Source of the DNA: Candidatus Sericytochromatia bacterium
Lineage (GTDB): Bacteria > Cyanobacteriota > Sericytochromatia > S15B-MN24 > JAQBPE01
Direction: 5' to 3'
Assembly: GCA_035285125.1 (NCBI GenBank)
Contig: JAYKHR010000044.1
Span: forward strand, 1-39,801
Length of the DNA: 39,801 bases
The notes under the pieces are model-generated. The model searched no databases, was not told the DNA's origin, and saw nothing but the letters and a program-made list of their open reading frames with translations. Below are positions 1 through 8,764 of the stretch, one piece after another. A program made the translations under genes and the position numbers. Position 1 is the stretch's first letter; each line of letters begins with the position of its first letter.

Positions 1-113
1 CGGGCAGACATCAGGCCCGTGACCCACCCCCAAAACACCGACGGCCAGCCCGCCCAAAGCGTGCTGACCGTCTGTTGTTCGTTGACTCGCCCCCACGTTA
101 GTGGGGGTCCAAG

Positions 114-187
114 TCGGAGCGGCGGGATTTGAACCCACGACCCCCACTACCCCAAAGTGGTGCGCTACCAAGCTGCGCTACGCCCCG
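114..187 (-). tRNA. tRNA-Pro (anticodon GGG), 3' CCA not encoded
   Basis: Minus strand reads CGGGGCGTAGCGCAGCTTGGTAGCGCACCACTTTGGGGTAGTGGGGGTCGTGGGTTCAAATCCCGCCGCTCCGA: full cloverleaf, anticodon stem CCACT/AGTGG with loop TT-GGG-GT, T-loop GTTCAAATC. Confidence 0.96.
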
Positions 188-197
188 AACGGAGGGA

Positions 198-226
198 AGC
201 ATAGCACAGGGGCTTCCAGGGCGCAA
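198..226 (-). promoter_or_regulatory. sigma70-type promoter for tRNA-Pro
   Basis: Minus strand TTGCGC (226-221), 17 bp spacer, TGc-TATGCT (203-198), ending 10 nt before the tRNA 5' end. Confidence 0.7.
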
Positions 227-282
227 GGCGACCCACCCCCACCCGTGGTAGGATGGCGCACCAGCCGACCGAGGTTCGTCCG

Positions 283-588
283 ATGCCGTTCTCCCTCTCC
301 AACCCGCTGCCGTGGGTCCTCGACTACCGCCTGGCGGCTTACAGCCTGCAGGTCGTGCTCTTGGGCGGGGCCTTCGTGATGCGGGAGTTTCCCTACAAGG
401 AGATGCTCTTCGTCAAGAAGGGCTACGAGCACTGGAACGAGCACTACGAGAACCGCCTCGACCTCTGGGAGGCAGCCGTCAGCATCCGCCTGGATCGCAC
501 GGTGCTGCCCTGGCTGGTGATCACGCCGGCGAACCCGGACGGCTTCGTGGCCGACCTGACGGATCGCATCATCGCAGCGAGGAAGTGA
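283..588 (+). CDS. Small hypothetical protein, possibly bacterial PH-like domain (101 aa)
   Basis: ORF with host-like codon usage; GAGG RBS before ATG 283 (the upstream ATG 253 overlaps a TAGGAT -10 candidate); C-terminal 'LVITPANPDGFVADL' resembles bacterial PH-domain ends. Confidence 0.6.
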   Translation: MPFSLSNPLPWVLDYRLAAYSLQVVLLGGAFVMREFPYKEMLFVKKGYEHWNEHYENRLDLWEAAVSIRLDRTVLPWLVITPANPDGFVADLTDRIIAARK

Positions 589-592
589 CCCG

Positions 593-883
593 ATGCTCAA
601 GCACATGGTGATGTTCCGGCTCGAGGGCCAGACGCCCGAGCAGGAGGCGGAGATGATCCGGGTGTTCGAGGCGCTCGGCGCCGACATCCCGGACGTGCGC
701 AACCTGCGCATGGGGCGCAACGTCTCCCCGCGCGACGATCAGTTCACGCACGGGCTCTACTCCGAGCACGACGACGTCGAGCAGTGCCTCCGCTACGTCA
801 ACCACCCGGCCCACCAGGAGGCCGTGGCCAGCCACCTGGCTCCCTTCGTGAAGGCCCGGGCCATCGTCGACTTCGCGGTCTGA
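593..883 (+). CDS. Dabb family stress-responsive A/B barrel protein
   Basis: Motifs 'LKHMVMFRL', 'FTHGL', 'YVNHPAH' and C-terminal 'IVDF'. Confidence 0.9.
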   Translation: MLKHMVMFRLEGQTPEQEAEMIRVFEALGADIPDVRNLRMGRNVSPRDDQFTHGLYSEHDDVEQCLRYVNHPAHQEAVASHLAPFVKARAIVDFAV

Positions 884-905
884 GGGCACCTGAGGCCCTC
901 GGCCT

Positions 906-2153
906 TCAGGTCGCCGGCGCAGCCTGCGCAGGTGCCGTCGGCAGTGGCACAGGAGCCGCAGCCACCGCCGGCGCAGGCTCTGCCGTCAAGGGGGCCGCAG
1001 CCACCACCGGCACACCCGCTGGTGGCGCCGCCGCCGGAGCCTGCTGCGCCCGCGCCGTGGCAGCGCTTTGTGCCTGCATCGCTCCGAGCAGATCGCGCGA
1101 CAGGCCGGCTATCCGCTGCTGGACGTTGCTGTTGTCCACGTTCATCTTCGTCATCACGGCCAGCACGTACCGCTGCCCGCCGACCTCGACGATCCCGACG
1201 TCGTGCGTGACCTTGGAGGTCTCGCCCGACTTCCCGTAGAAGGTCGCGCCCGGCGGCAGCCCCCGGGCGATCTTGTCGTGATCGAGCTGCCCCCGCAGCC
1301 ACCCGCGCATCTTCTCGCTGGCTCCGGGCGAGACCGCCGTGCCGTCCGCGATGCGCTGGAACAGCTGTGCCATGTCGCCCGCCGTCGTAACATTCTGGCC
1401 CGCCCCGCGGGGCGTGTCGGGGACCCGGTTGCCCCAGTAGAGCTTCTTTCCGAGCTGGGTGCGCGGCATCCCGAGCGAGCCGAAGCCTGCTGCCACGGCG
1501 TTGCGATCGACGAGGTCCATCAGCGTGTTCGTCGCGGTGTTGTCGCTGCGCGAGATCATCAGGTCGACGAGGTGCTCCACCGTGACACGCTCGCCGCCAC
1601 GCAGGATGGGGCGCTTGTCGCCCGGTGGCTCCCAGGTGCGCGTAACGTTGGAGGCTTTGACGGTCACCTGCTGGCTCAGGTCGAGCTTGCCCGCCTCGAC
1701 GAGTTGCATCACCGCCGCCATCAGCGGCACCTTGATGGTGCTCGCGGAACCGAACGAAGCCTGCTCGTTGACGGCTGCAAAGGTGCCGGTCTCCAGGTTT
1801 CGAAGGGAAACACCCGCGCCCTCGAGGCCGTTGCGCTTGATGAGTTCCTCCAGCTTGGCCTGCAGCGCCGGATCCCGCTGGCCGGGGGACGCGGGCGACA
1901 CCAGCGCCGGGGCGCCAGTCGCCAGCCGAAGCTGGCCGGTGGTCGCGGTCGCTCGCGCAGGTGGCAAGCCGATGGTGGCAGCCGGAGGCTCCTGAGGCGC
2001 TGCCGCGGGAGGAGCGGCGGCGGGGGCCGCGGCGGCCGGTGCCGCGGCAGGACCGGCGAGCGCGGGTTGGGCGGTGGGTGCCACTGGCTGTGCCCCATTC
2101 AGAGGGGACGTCCCGGCCCTGGGGGCGTTCGGCAGGTTCGGGTTGAGTTCCAT
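906..2153 (-). CDS. Class A beta-lactamase-like serine hydrolase (PBP-A-like) with Pro/Ala-rich termini
   Basis: SxxK (ASTIK), SDN and KSG motifs; GGAGG RBS before ATG 2153; no signal peptide visible. Confidence 0.88.
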   Translation of the reverse strand: MELNPNLPNAPRAGTSPLNGAQPVAPTAQPALAGPAAAPAAAAPAAAPPAAAPQEPPAATIGLPPARATATTGQLRLATGAPALVSPASPGQRDPALQAKLEELIKRNGLEGAGVSLRNLETGTFAAVNEQASFGSASTIKVPLMAAVMQLVEAGKLDLSQQVTVKASNVTRTWEPPGDKRPILRGGERVTVEHLVDLMISRSDNTATNTLMDLVDRNAVAAGFGSLGMPRTQLGKKLYWGNRVPDTPRGAGQNVTTAGDMAQLFQRIADGTAVSPGASEKMRGWLRGQLDHDKIARGLPPGATFYGKSGETSKVTHDVGIVEVGGQRYVLAVMTKMNVDNSNVQQRIAGLSRDLLGAMQAQSAATARAQQAPAAAPPAGVPVVAAAPLTAEPAPAVAAAPVPLPTAPAQAAPAT

Positions 2154-2233
2154 GGTGCGTCCTCCCACCTGTGGGTGCTCCAAGGTCACCCTACCCGGGG
2201 GGTGGGCAGGCAAACCGTGGGTGGGCCAACGCT

Positions 2234-3184
2234 TCAGGCGCGGGCCTTCCGGCCCCTCCCGGCCACCACGAGGCCGCCGACCGCCCCCGTCCGCACCCAG
2301 CGCGACTGCTGGCAGGCCCGCCTCAGCATCTCCTCGCGGGCCCTCGCGAAGCCCGTGAAGGCCTTGACGTCGTAGTCGCTCGCGGCGAACACGTGCTCCC
2401 CGCCCAGCACCTCTATGCCCTTGCCGAGTTGGACCACCATCCGGTCGATGCGGAGGTGCCGGTCATGGGCGTGGCGCTTGAAGACCTCGTCGGGCACGAG
2501 CCGCACGCGCCACTCGCGCAGGCCGCCCCGCGTCAGCCCCTCCGCCAGGCGTCGGACGGCTCGCTCGTGGCCGGACCAGGGCCTGGCATAGAGCGTCAGG
2601 GCCGCGGGGCCGGGAAGCCCATCGAGCTCCCGCAGCAGCCGCTCCAGGCCGCTCGGCTGGGGCCGGCCGGGCTCGAGGTGGCCCTGCAACGCATACCGAT
2701 CGACGAGCACCACGTGGCGCGCCCCGGCGACGAGCCCCCGGAACTTGCGGTCCCAGGCGTCTTGCACCGGCATTCCCGCCGGGATGCCCGCGTGCGCCTC
2801 GGCGCGGGCCCGGTGCAGCGTGGCCGCGCGGTCGGCACAGTCGAAGCGGCAGACCTCGGTCTGATCCGGGAGGCGCACCGACACGCCAGGAGGCCGCACG
2901 CCGGCCGCTGCGGCCTGCTCGGCCGTCACGCAAGCCAGGTCTGCGGCGTCCGCGAGCGACCACCGGTTGTGCCGCAGGCTCATCTGCCAGCGCTTCCGCA
3001 GCGGCATCGGCAGCCGCTCGAGGGCGCGGAACCACGCCTGCCGCGCCCCGTCGTCGGTAGGCAGGTGCAGGGTGCCCAGCAGCCGCCAGGCCTCGTGCAG
3101 CCGCAGGTGCGCGTTCAGCGCCACGGCATCGCTCGGGTCCAGCGCCTCGAGGACCTCCCGCGACACCGTGAACGTGACGGTCAC
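2234..3184 (-). CDS. Hypothetical protein with C-terminal MIT_C/phospholipase-D-like domain (putative nuclease effector)
   Basis: 'VVLVDRY' and 'HDRHLRID...QLGKGIEV' match the DPY / HDR...GRGLD pattern of MIT_C-like PLD folds; GTG start overlaps the upstream stop (GTGA, 3184-3181). Confidence 0.65.
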   Translation of the reverse strand: MTVTFTVSREVLEALDPSDAVALNAHLRLHEAWRLLGTLHLPTDDGARQAWFRALERLPMPLRKRWQMSLRHNRWSLADAADLACVTAEQAAAAGVRPPGVSVRLPDQTEVCRFDCADRAATLHRARAEAHAGIPAGMPVQDAWDRKFRGLVAGARHVVLVDRYALQGHLEPGRPQPSGLERLLRELDGLPGPAALTLYARPWSGHERAVRRLAEGLTRGGLREWRVRLVPDEVFKRHAHDRHLRIDRMVVQLGKGIEVLGGEHVFAASDYDVKAFTGFARAREEMLRRACQQSRWVRTGAVGGLVVAGRGRKARA

Positions 3185-4647
3185 ACGGCCACCTCACCGA
3201 AGAGCTCGAGAAAGGTCTCCTCGAAGAACCCATCGGGCCACTCGTCGAGGAACTCTCCCCGGTCATCGAGGTGCAGGCGCATCACGGCGCTGCCGTGGGG
3301 CCCGTCGGAGTGAACGTACAGCACGCAAACGTCGTCAGGGTGCACCCGCCCCTCGCGCACCCGGCGCTGCAGGCGCAGCATCAGGGCCTCGCTGTGTGTC
3401 TCCAAGATCCACTGGTGGCCACGCTCACGACGCTGCCTCGACCGCTGAGCACCCGGCATCGGGAGGCGCGCCGTCTCGATGAAGAAGTCAGCGAGGTGGG
3501 CCTGCAGGCGAGGGTGCAGGTGGATCTCAGGCTGCTCGACACAGAGCGTTCGCCCGCTCCCGCTGGCGCCCTCGACGAGCACCGGCAGGATCTGTCCCAG
3601 GCCGAAGCCCACGTCCGTCGGCGCCACGCGCACCCCCGTGCGGCTGTCGCGCAGGTTCAGCACGACGATGTCCCCCGTGACCTCGGTGCCGATCCGCTCC
3701 ACCTCGACCGCATAGGGGATGTCGAGCCGCCCGAGCCAGCGGTTGAGGTCCTCCGTGGCTCGTGGGTGCCGCAGCAGCCTGGCCGCCGTGTGCTCTCCCT
3801 GCCGCCCCACGCCCCGGGGATCGTGCCCGGCCAGGGCCGTGTAGCGCTGGGGGTAGCTGCGCAGGGGGCCGAGGTGGTCGACCCGCTCGAGCTCCCGCTG
3901 CAGGGCATGGGCCAGCATCCCCAGGCTGGCGCCGTGGCGGTGGATGAGCCCAGTCGCCTGGGCGGCGTCCTGCGGCTCGGCGTCCGCCCGCAGCACCAGC
4001 CGCGTCGGGAGCATCGGCGCGTCCTGCACCTCGACGGACCGCAGGGCCCGCGAGACCGCCCGGGCACTTGCGCCCGCATCCTCCGGCTGCGCCTCGGCGG
4101 CGCCTCGCTGCAGGAGCCAGGCGGCGAACGAGCGCTGCGAGGCCGCATCGCGCCACTTGAAGACGTGCTCCCCCACCGGCACATAGGAGCCCGTCGCCGC
4201 CTCGCGGATGCGCGTGAAGCCGCAGTCGAGCGCGGCTCGCTCGTCCTCGAAGGTGTAGCGCACGCTGTGAAGCTGGGGGGAGGCTGCGGCTTCCCCTCCG
4301 GCGCGGTCCGACTGGAACGACCACTCGAAGCCGTAGCCTCCCCGCTCAACCCCGGGCCTGGAGCCCGACTCGCTGGCCCGGAAGCTGAGGCCGACGCGCA
4401 GGGTGCGGGCGGGGTCATGCCGGTGCAGCAGGCTGCGGTAGGTCCCGAGGTCGACCCATGGGCCGCTCGGCCGCAACCCCGCCCCGCCGTCGGAGCCTCC
4501 CACAGACTGCTTGAGCAGCAGCAGGGCCTGGATCAGCGAGGACTTGCCCGCCGAGTTCGGCCCGTAGACCAAGGTAAGCGGGCCGAGCGGGATCACCTGC
4601 TCGGCGCCGAACGGCTTGAACCCCTCCAGCAGCAGCTGCTCCAGCAT
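3181..4647 (-). CDS. ABC-type (AAA_21/AAA_15-like) ATPase with C-terminal DUF3696 (488 aa)
   Basis: N-terminal 'LEGFKPF', Walker A GPNSAGKS, signature-like VGFGLGQ, Walker B/D-loop LCVEQPEIHLHP, H-loop ETHSE, C-terminal 'DDRGEFLDEWPDGFFEE'. Start placed at ATG 4647 by family pattern. Confidence 0.88.
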   Translation of the reverse strand: MLEQLLLEGFKPFGAEQVIPLGPLTLVYGPNSAGKSSLIQALLLLKQSVGGSDGGAGLRPSGPWVDLGTYRSLLHRHDPARTLRVGLSFRASESGSRPGVERGGYGFEWSFQSDRAGGEAAASPQLHSVRYTFEDERAALDCGFTRIREAATGSYVPVGEHVFKWRDAASQRSFAAWLLQRGAAEAQPEDAGASARAVSRALRSVEVQDAPMLPTRLVLRADAEPQDAAQATGLIHRHGASLGMLAHALQRELERVDHLGPLRSYPQRYTALAGHDPRGVGRQGEHTAARLLRHPRATEDLNRWLGRLDIPYAVEVERIGTEVTGDIVVLNLRDSRTGVRVAPTDVGFGLGQILPVLVEGASGSGRTLCVEQPEIHLHPRLQAHLADFFIETARLPMPGAQRSRQRRERGHQWILETHSEALMLRLQRRVREGRVHPDDVCVLYVHSDGPHGSAVMRLHLDDRGEFLDEWPDGFFEETFLELFGEVAV

Positions 4648-4686
4648 CGCCCCCCCTGCTCGTCCGCCCGGCCCCACCATGCCCGA

Positions 4687-4716
4687 TTGCCCAACGGGCA
4701 TAACTTCGCTTATCTT
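4687..4716 (+). promoter_or_regulatory. Putative sigma70 promoter for the phnD-like/HK/RR cluster
   Basis: TTGCCC (4687-4692), 18 bp, TATCTT (4711-4716), in an AT-richer patch between divergent operons. Confidence 0.4.
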
Positions 4717-4756
4717 TGGGACGCTTGCCGGGCAACCGGCGTGGAGCCTGGCCGAG

Positions 4757-5653
4757 ATGAGGAAGAGATCGTTGCACGCCTGGACCCTTCGCTTGCTTGT
4801 CGCTGCCGTTGCCTGGGTGGCCCTTGAGCCCGGCGTCGGGGCCTCCAACGGCCCGCTGATCTTCGCGAAGGTCCCATCGGACGGCGCCGGCGACAAGCTT
4901 GCAACGCGCTACGGCAACCTGACGCGGGCCCTCGGCGAGGCGCTCGGCCGCGAGGTCGTGTTCCAGTCGCGCCCTTCCTATGACAGGATGGGCGAGGCCA
5001 TGAGGCGAGGCGAGTTCGACATCGTCTCCGTCGGCCCCGCGCTCTATGTGCAGCACGAGGCTCGCTACGAGCCCGTCGTGAGGCCCGTCCGCTTCAAGCG
5101 TTCGTCGTACCGGGGGCTGCTCCTCGTGCGCGCCGAGAGCCGCTTCAAGACGCTGAAGGACCTGTCCGGGGCGCGCGTCGGCTTCGTCAGCGAGCGGTCC
5201 ACCAGCGGCTACCTGCTGCCGGCCCTGATGCTCGAGCGCGCCGGGCTGGACCTGAAGCGGGACTTCGCCGACGTGCGCTTCTACAAGGGGCGCCACCCGG
5301 ACGTTGCGGTGGCCGTCACCAGTGGAGAAGTCGACGCCGGCGCGGTCTACGACGACGCGCGCATCGACGCCTTCGGCCAAGACGCCAAGATGCGGGCCGA
5401 GACGCGCGTGCTGGCGGCGACGGAGCGCATCCCCAACGACCCCATCGTCGTCCACAAGCGCCTGCCGGCGTCGGTGCGAGCCGCCATCCAGCAGTTCTTC
5501 GAGGGCCTCTCGGCGAGGCCGGCCGACGAGGTGGCGCGGCTCGTCGGTCCCCTGGACGAGCAGGTCCAGGGGTGGGTGCGGACCACCTCAGCAGACTACG
5601 ACCCCGTGCGGGCCTGGGCCTCGGCCCTGGAGCGTGCGGAGCGAGGGAACTGA
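4757..5653 (+). CDS. PhnD/PtxB-family (phosphate/phosphite/phosphonate) substrate-binding protein
   Basis: Signal peptide 'MRKRSLHAWTLRLLVAAVAWVAL'; motifs 'YRGLLLVRAES', 'STSGYLLP', 'HPDVAVAV..GEVDAGA', 'IPNDPIVV'. Confidence 0.9.
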   Translation: MRKRSLHAWTLRLLVAAVAWVALEPGVGASNGPLIFAKVPSDGAGDKLATRYGNLTRALGEALGREVVFQSRPSYDRMGEAMRRGEFDIVSVGPALYVQHEARYEPVVRPVRFKRSSYRGLLLVRAESRFKTLKDLSGARVGFVSERSTSGYLLPALMLERAGLDLKRDFADVRFYKGRHPDVAVAVTSGEVDAGAVYDDARIDAFGQDAKMRAETRVLAATERIPNDPIVVHKRLPASVRAAIQQFFEGLSARPADEVARLVGPLDEQVQGWVRTTSADYDPVRAWASALERAERGN

Positions 5654-5656
5654 GCC

Positions 5657-7051
5657 ATGGCCCAAGCACAGCGCGGTGGCTGGCGTCGGTCGGTGGGGGG
5701 TGTCGCGATCGCCCTCCTGCCCCTGGCCGTCGGCGGGCTGCTCGTTCAGACGCACCTCACGCGCGGGGCGGAGGCCAGGCAGCTGGCGGAGGGGATGCTG
5801 GGGGGGTACATCGACGGGAGCAACGGCTTCCAGGAGATGCGCGACTTTTTCGAGCGCCGGCGCGGCACCGACGTGCGTGGCATTCGCGTGCTCGATCGCG
5901 CGGGCAGCCTGAAGAACCGGTACCCGCGGGACTTCGAACCGTCAGGCTGGCGGGTCACCGCGCCGATCCAGGGCAAGGACGGCGTCGTGCGCGACGTGGT
6001 CGAGCTCTCGCACGACGTGCTGCCCCCGCTCGGTGGCGCCACGCTGAGCTGGGGCCTGGGCTACGGCCTGCTGCTGGCGCTGCTCAAGGCCCTTCAGGAG
6101 CGTGAGGCCCGGCGTGAGGCAGAGGCCGCCCGCCAGGCCTCGGAGGCGCAGCTGGCGCTCCGCGACCGCGAGGAGGAGCTGAAGCGGCTCGGCGACGTCT
6201 GGTCGACGTTTCACTCGCAAATGACGGATGACGCCAGCCAGCTGACGAACCACCTCCAGGCGCTGAACGGCTTCATCTCGCAGATCGACATCAGCCTGAA
6301 GGACGCCGTGCACGACCTGTACAAGGCCCCGCTGCTGGGCACGGGCGACCTGGGGGACGGGGGCCATGGCTCCCTGGCCGACGTGAAGTCCTTCCGCCGG
6401 GGCCTCGAGGACCAGTCCATCGAGGTCTCGCGGGAGGACATGGCCACGTTCGTGCGCAACGTCGACGAGACGATGGAGGCCATCAAGTGGGTGGTGGACA
6501 GCCTCCCGGAGTACGCCAACCGCGAAACCCAGCCCGTGGAGCCGGTCGCAGAGCTCGGCGCGCTGCTGGAGCACCTGCCCCCGGCGCTCCGGGACCCGGA
6601 CGACGGCCTGGTGATCGAGGCCGACGTGCGTGAGGCGCAGCCAGCCATCATGTTCAACCCCGTCCACTTCCGCAGCGTCGTGAAGAACAGCCTCTACAAC
6701 GCGGTGGCCGCCATTCGCCGCGCCCGGCGCCAGCACCCCGACCGGGAGGGCCGCGTCACGCTGAGGTTCCGCGAGGAGGCGACGCGGCTCGGGCTGGTCG
6801 TCGAGGACACGGGGGACGGGCTCTCGGAGGCCGCGCTCGCGCAGCTCTACCGGGGCCGCGTCGAGCAGCCCACCCGTCGCCGCCGCGGGGGCAAGGGCAG
6901 CCTGATCGTCACGGCCTACCTCGGGTTTCACGGCGCGAGCAGCGAGCTTGCCAACCGGCCGGAGGGCGGCGCGCGGGTCACCTTCTGGTTCACCAAGGCG
7001 CCGGCGCAGGCTCTGGCCTCGGCGGCAGCCACGACCTCCCCCACCTGCTGA
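5657..7051 (+). CDS. Membrane sensor histidine kinase (atypical H and G2 boxes)
   Basis: Two hydrophobic segments flanking a roughly 90-aa extracytoplasmic loop; H-box-like 'VHDLYKAPL'; N box 'KNSLYNAVAA'; G1 'VEDTGDGL'; C-terminal 'EGGARVTFWF'. Confidence 0.82.
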   Translation: MAQAQRGGWRRSVGGVAIALLPLAVGGLLVQTHLTRGAEARQLAEGMLGGYIDGSNGFQEMRDFFERRRGTDVRGIRVLDRAGSLKNRYPRDFEPSGWRVTAPIQGKDGVVRDVVELSHDVLPPLGGATLSWGLGYGLLLALLKALQEREARREAEAARQASEAQLALRDREEELKRLGDVWSTFHSQMTDDASQLTNHLQALNGFISQIDISLKDAVHDLYKAPLLGTGDLGDGGHGSLADVKSFRRGLEDQSIEVSREDMATFVRNVDETMEAIKWVVDSLPEYANRETQPVEPVAELGALLEHLPPALRDPDDGLVIEADVREAQPAIMFNPVHFRSVVKNSLYNAVAAIRRARRQHPDREGRVTLRFREEATRLGLVVEDTGDGLSEAALAQLYRGRVEQPTRRRRGGKGSLIVTAYLGFHGASSELANRPEGGARVTFWFTKAPAQALASAAATTSPTC

Positions 7052-7067
7052 AAGAGGCGCTGCCCCC

Positions 7068-7454
7068 ATGGCCCACGTCCTGATCGCTGACGACGAGCCC
7101 ACCGTTCGCCAGGCCATCGCCCTGATGCTCAAGGCCCAGGGGCACACCTTCCAGGAGGCCGGCTCGCCCCGCGAGGCCGAGCGCCTGATGGCGACGGCGC
7201 GGCAGGACGGGCGCACCTTCGACGCCCTGGTGGTAGACTACGACTTCGCGGGAGAGGACCTCGACGGCATCGAGCTGGTCGAGACCCTGTTCGCCCAGCA
7301 CGGCTGCCTGCCCACGGTGATGCTCACAGCCACCACGGACCGCGACGTCAGGCTCGACGCCGCCGATGCCGGGGTGCAGGTCTTCATCAACAAGCCGGTG
7401 CAGGCCGAGCCGTTCGGGGCCGCGCTGCGGCAGGCACTCGGGGCGGGGGCATGA
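7068..7454 (+). CDS. Single-domain response regulator (CheY-like receiver)
   Basis: 'VLIADDE', phosphoacceptor in 'LVVDYD', 'MLTA', 'INKP'; no output domain. Confidence 0.92.
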   Translation: MAHVLIADDEPTVRQAIALMLKAQGHTFQEAGSPREAERLMATARQDGRTFDALVVDYDFAGEDLDGIELVETLFAQHGCLPTVMLTATTDRDVRLDAADAGVQVFINKPVQAEPFGAALRQALGAGA

Positions 7455-7499
7455 CCGACACCAGGCAGCCGCCGACCAACCCTTCAGGAGCGCCCCAAG

Positions 7500-8687
7500 A
7501 TGAGCCTTGAAACGTCGTGGCCGGCCCCCGGCGGCACCCCGTCCGCGGAGCATTGCAGCCATGGGGGCAGGCTCTTCGAGCGCGTCGGCAGCACGCTCGA
7601 TCACCCCGAGGCGCGGGAGACCTGCGTCCCGGCGGACGTGCTCGATGCGTGGTACCCGCCGGCTCCGGCGGTGGTGCGGGCTGTGGAGGACAACCTCGCG
7701 TGGTTGCTGCACACCTCCCCGCCGTGTCGGGCAGATGGCCTGCGCGAGCGGCTCGCCGCGCACCTCGGGCTGCCGTCAAGGCACCTCATGGTGGGGGCAG
7801 GGTCGTCGGACCTCATCTTCCGGTTGATGCCGATGCTGTTCAAAGGCCGGCGCGTGGGCATCGTGTCGCCCGCCTATGGCGAGTACGCGCACGTCCTGAC
7901 GGCCAACGGCAACGCCGAGGTCGTGCGGATCCACGCGGGGAACGACCACTTCACCCACACCGCCAGCCACCTGCTGTCGGAGGTCGAGCGGCACCGCCTC
8001 GACGGCCTGTGCCTGATCAACCCGTGCAACCCGACGGGACAGGTGCTCGCGCCCGAGCAGATGGATGCCCTCGTCACCAGGCTTCCGGCCTCCTGCACGC
8101 TGGTTGTCGATGAGACCTACATCGGCTACGTGGGCCGGGAAAGCTCCTTGGCCGCTCGCGCGTGCCAGCTGCCCAACCTGGTCGTGATCGAGTCGCTGTC
8201 CAAGATCTTCGCCTTCAGTGGCATCAGGGCCGGCGTCGCCGTCGGGACCGAGGCCCTGGCGAGCGCGCTCGAGCGCGAGCTGGCGACCTACCACATCGGC
8301 ACCATCACCACGCTGGCCGTCGCCCGGGCCCTCGATGAAGGGGCCTACTACCAGGCCCGGCTGCAGGAGACGCGATCCCTGAGAAGTGACCTCCGTCAGG
8401 CGCTCGATGCATCCGGGCTGTTCACGGCGGTGTTGCCTTCCGCCATCAACGCCGTGCTGGTTGATTGTGGCCCTGCCCGGGGGGCGGAGGCCCTCCGGGT
8501 GTCGCTGGCAGACCAGGGCGTCTACGTGCGCAACATCGAGGACCAGGGCCTCACGGAGGCGCAGCGTGACCGCTTCCTGCGCATCGCGGTGCTCGACGCG
8601 GCCCGCAACGCCCGGACCGTCGCAGCGCTCCACGCCATCCGGCGGGAGGGCCTGGTGGCGGGGCCCACCGCCGGTGCCCAGGCGTGA
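7500..8687 (+). CDS. PLP-dependent class I/II aminotransferase-fold enzyme (HisC/CobD-like)
   Basis: 'HGG', 'GAGSSDLI', 'PAYGEY', 'INPCNPTG', 'VDETY', PLP lysine in 'SLSKIFAFSGIRAG'; AGGAG RBS. Confidence 0.88.
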   Translation: MSLETSWPAPGGTPSAEHCSHGGRLFERVGSTLDHPEARETCVPADVLDAWYPPAPAVVRAVEDNLAWLLHTSPPCRADGLRERLAAHLGLPSRHLMVGAGSSDLIFRLMPMLFKGRRVGIVSPAYGEYAHVLTANGNAEVVRIHAGNDHFTHTASHLLSEVERHRLDGLCLINPCNPTGQVLAPEQMDALVTRLPASCTLVVDETYIGYVGRESSLAARACQLPNLVVIESLSKIFAFSGIRAGVAVGTEALASALERELATYHIGTITTLAVARALDEGAYYQARLQETRSLRSDLRQALDASGLFTAVLPSAINAVLVDCGPARGAEALRVSLADQGVYVRNIEDQGLTEAQRDRFLRIAVLDAARNARTVAALHAIRREGLVAGPTAGAQA

Positions 8688-8764
8688 TCCCGGGCGGGAT
8701 GGCCGCCTCGCGCTGACCCGCGAGCGGCCCCGCCCCACGGCCCAGCCCTGAAGGAGCCTCCCTC

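Noticed and set aside
1..187. tRNA-Pro as an integration site for an island in this window
   Set aside because: The tRNA 3' end points out of the window to the left; no integrase or duplicated tRNA 3' end was seen.
2200..2240. ggcaaacc resembling the start of a c-di-GMP-I riboswitch
   Set aside because: It is on the wrong strand for the adjacent gene and lacks the GAAA-loop/GACGCAAAGC continuation.
4693..4720. dif/Xer-like pattern aacggGCATAA-cttcgc-TTATctttggg (also starts like a loxP arm, ATAACTTCG) beside the putative defence genes
   Set aside because: Only the inner bases match, the XerD arm is poor (6/11 to the E. coli site), I saw no partner site or recombinase, and a TTGCCC/TATCTT promoter explains the AT-rich patch.
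7451..7510. 19-codon ORF coupled to the response regulator stop and overlapping the aminotransferase start
   Set aside because: Too short to support; the aminotransferase has its own AGGAG RBS, so no frameshift needs to be invoked.
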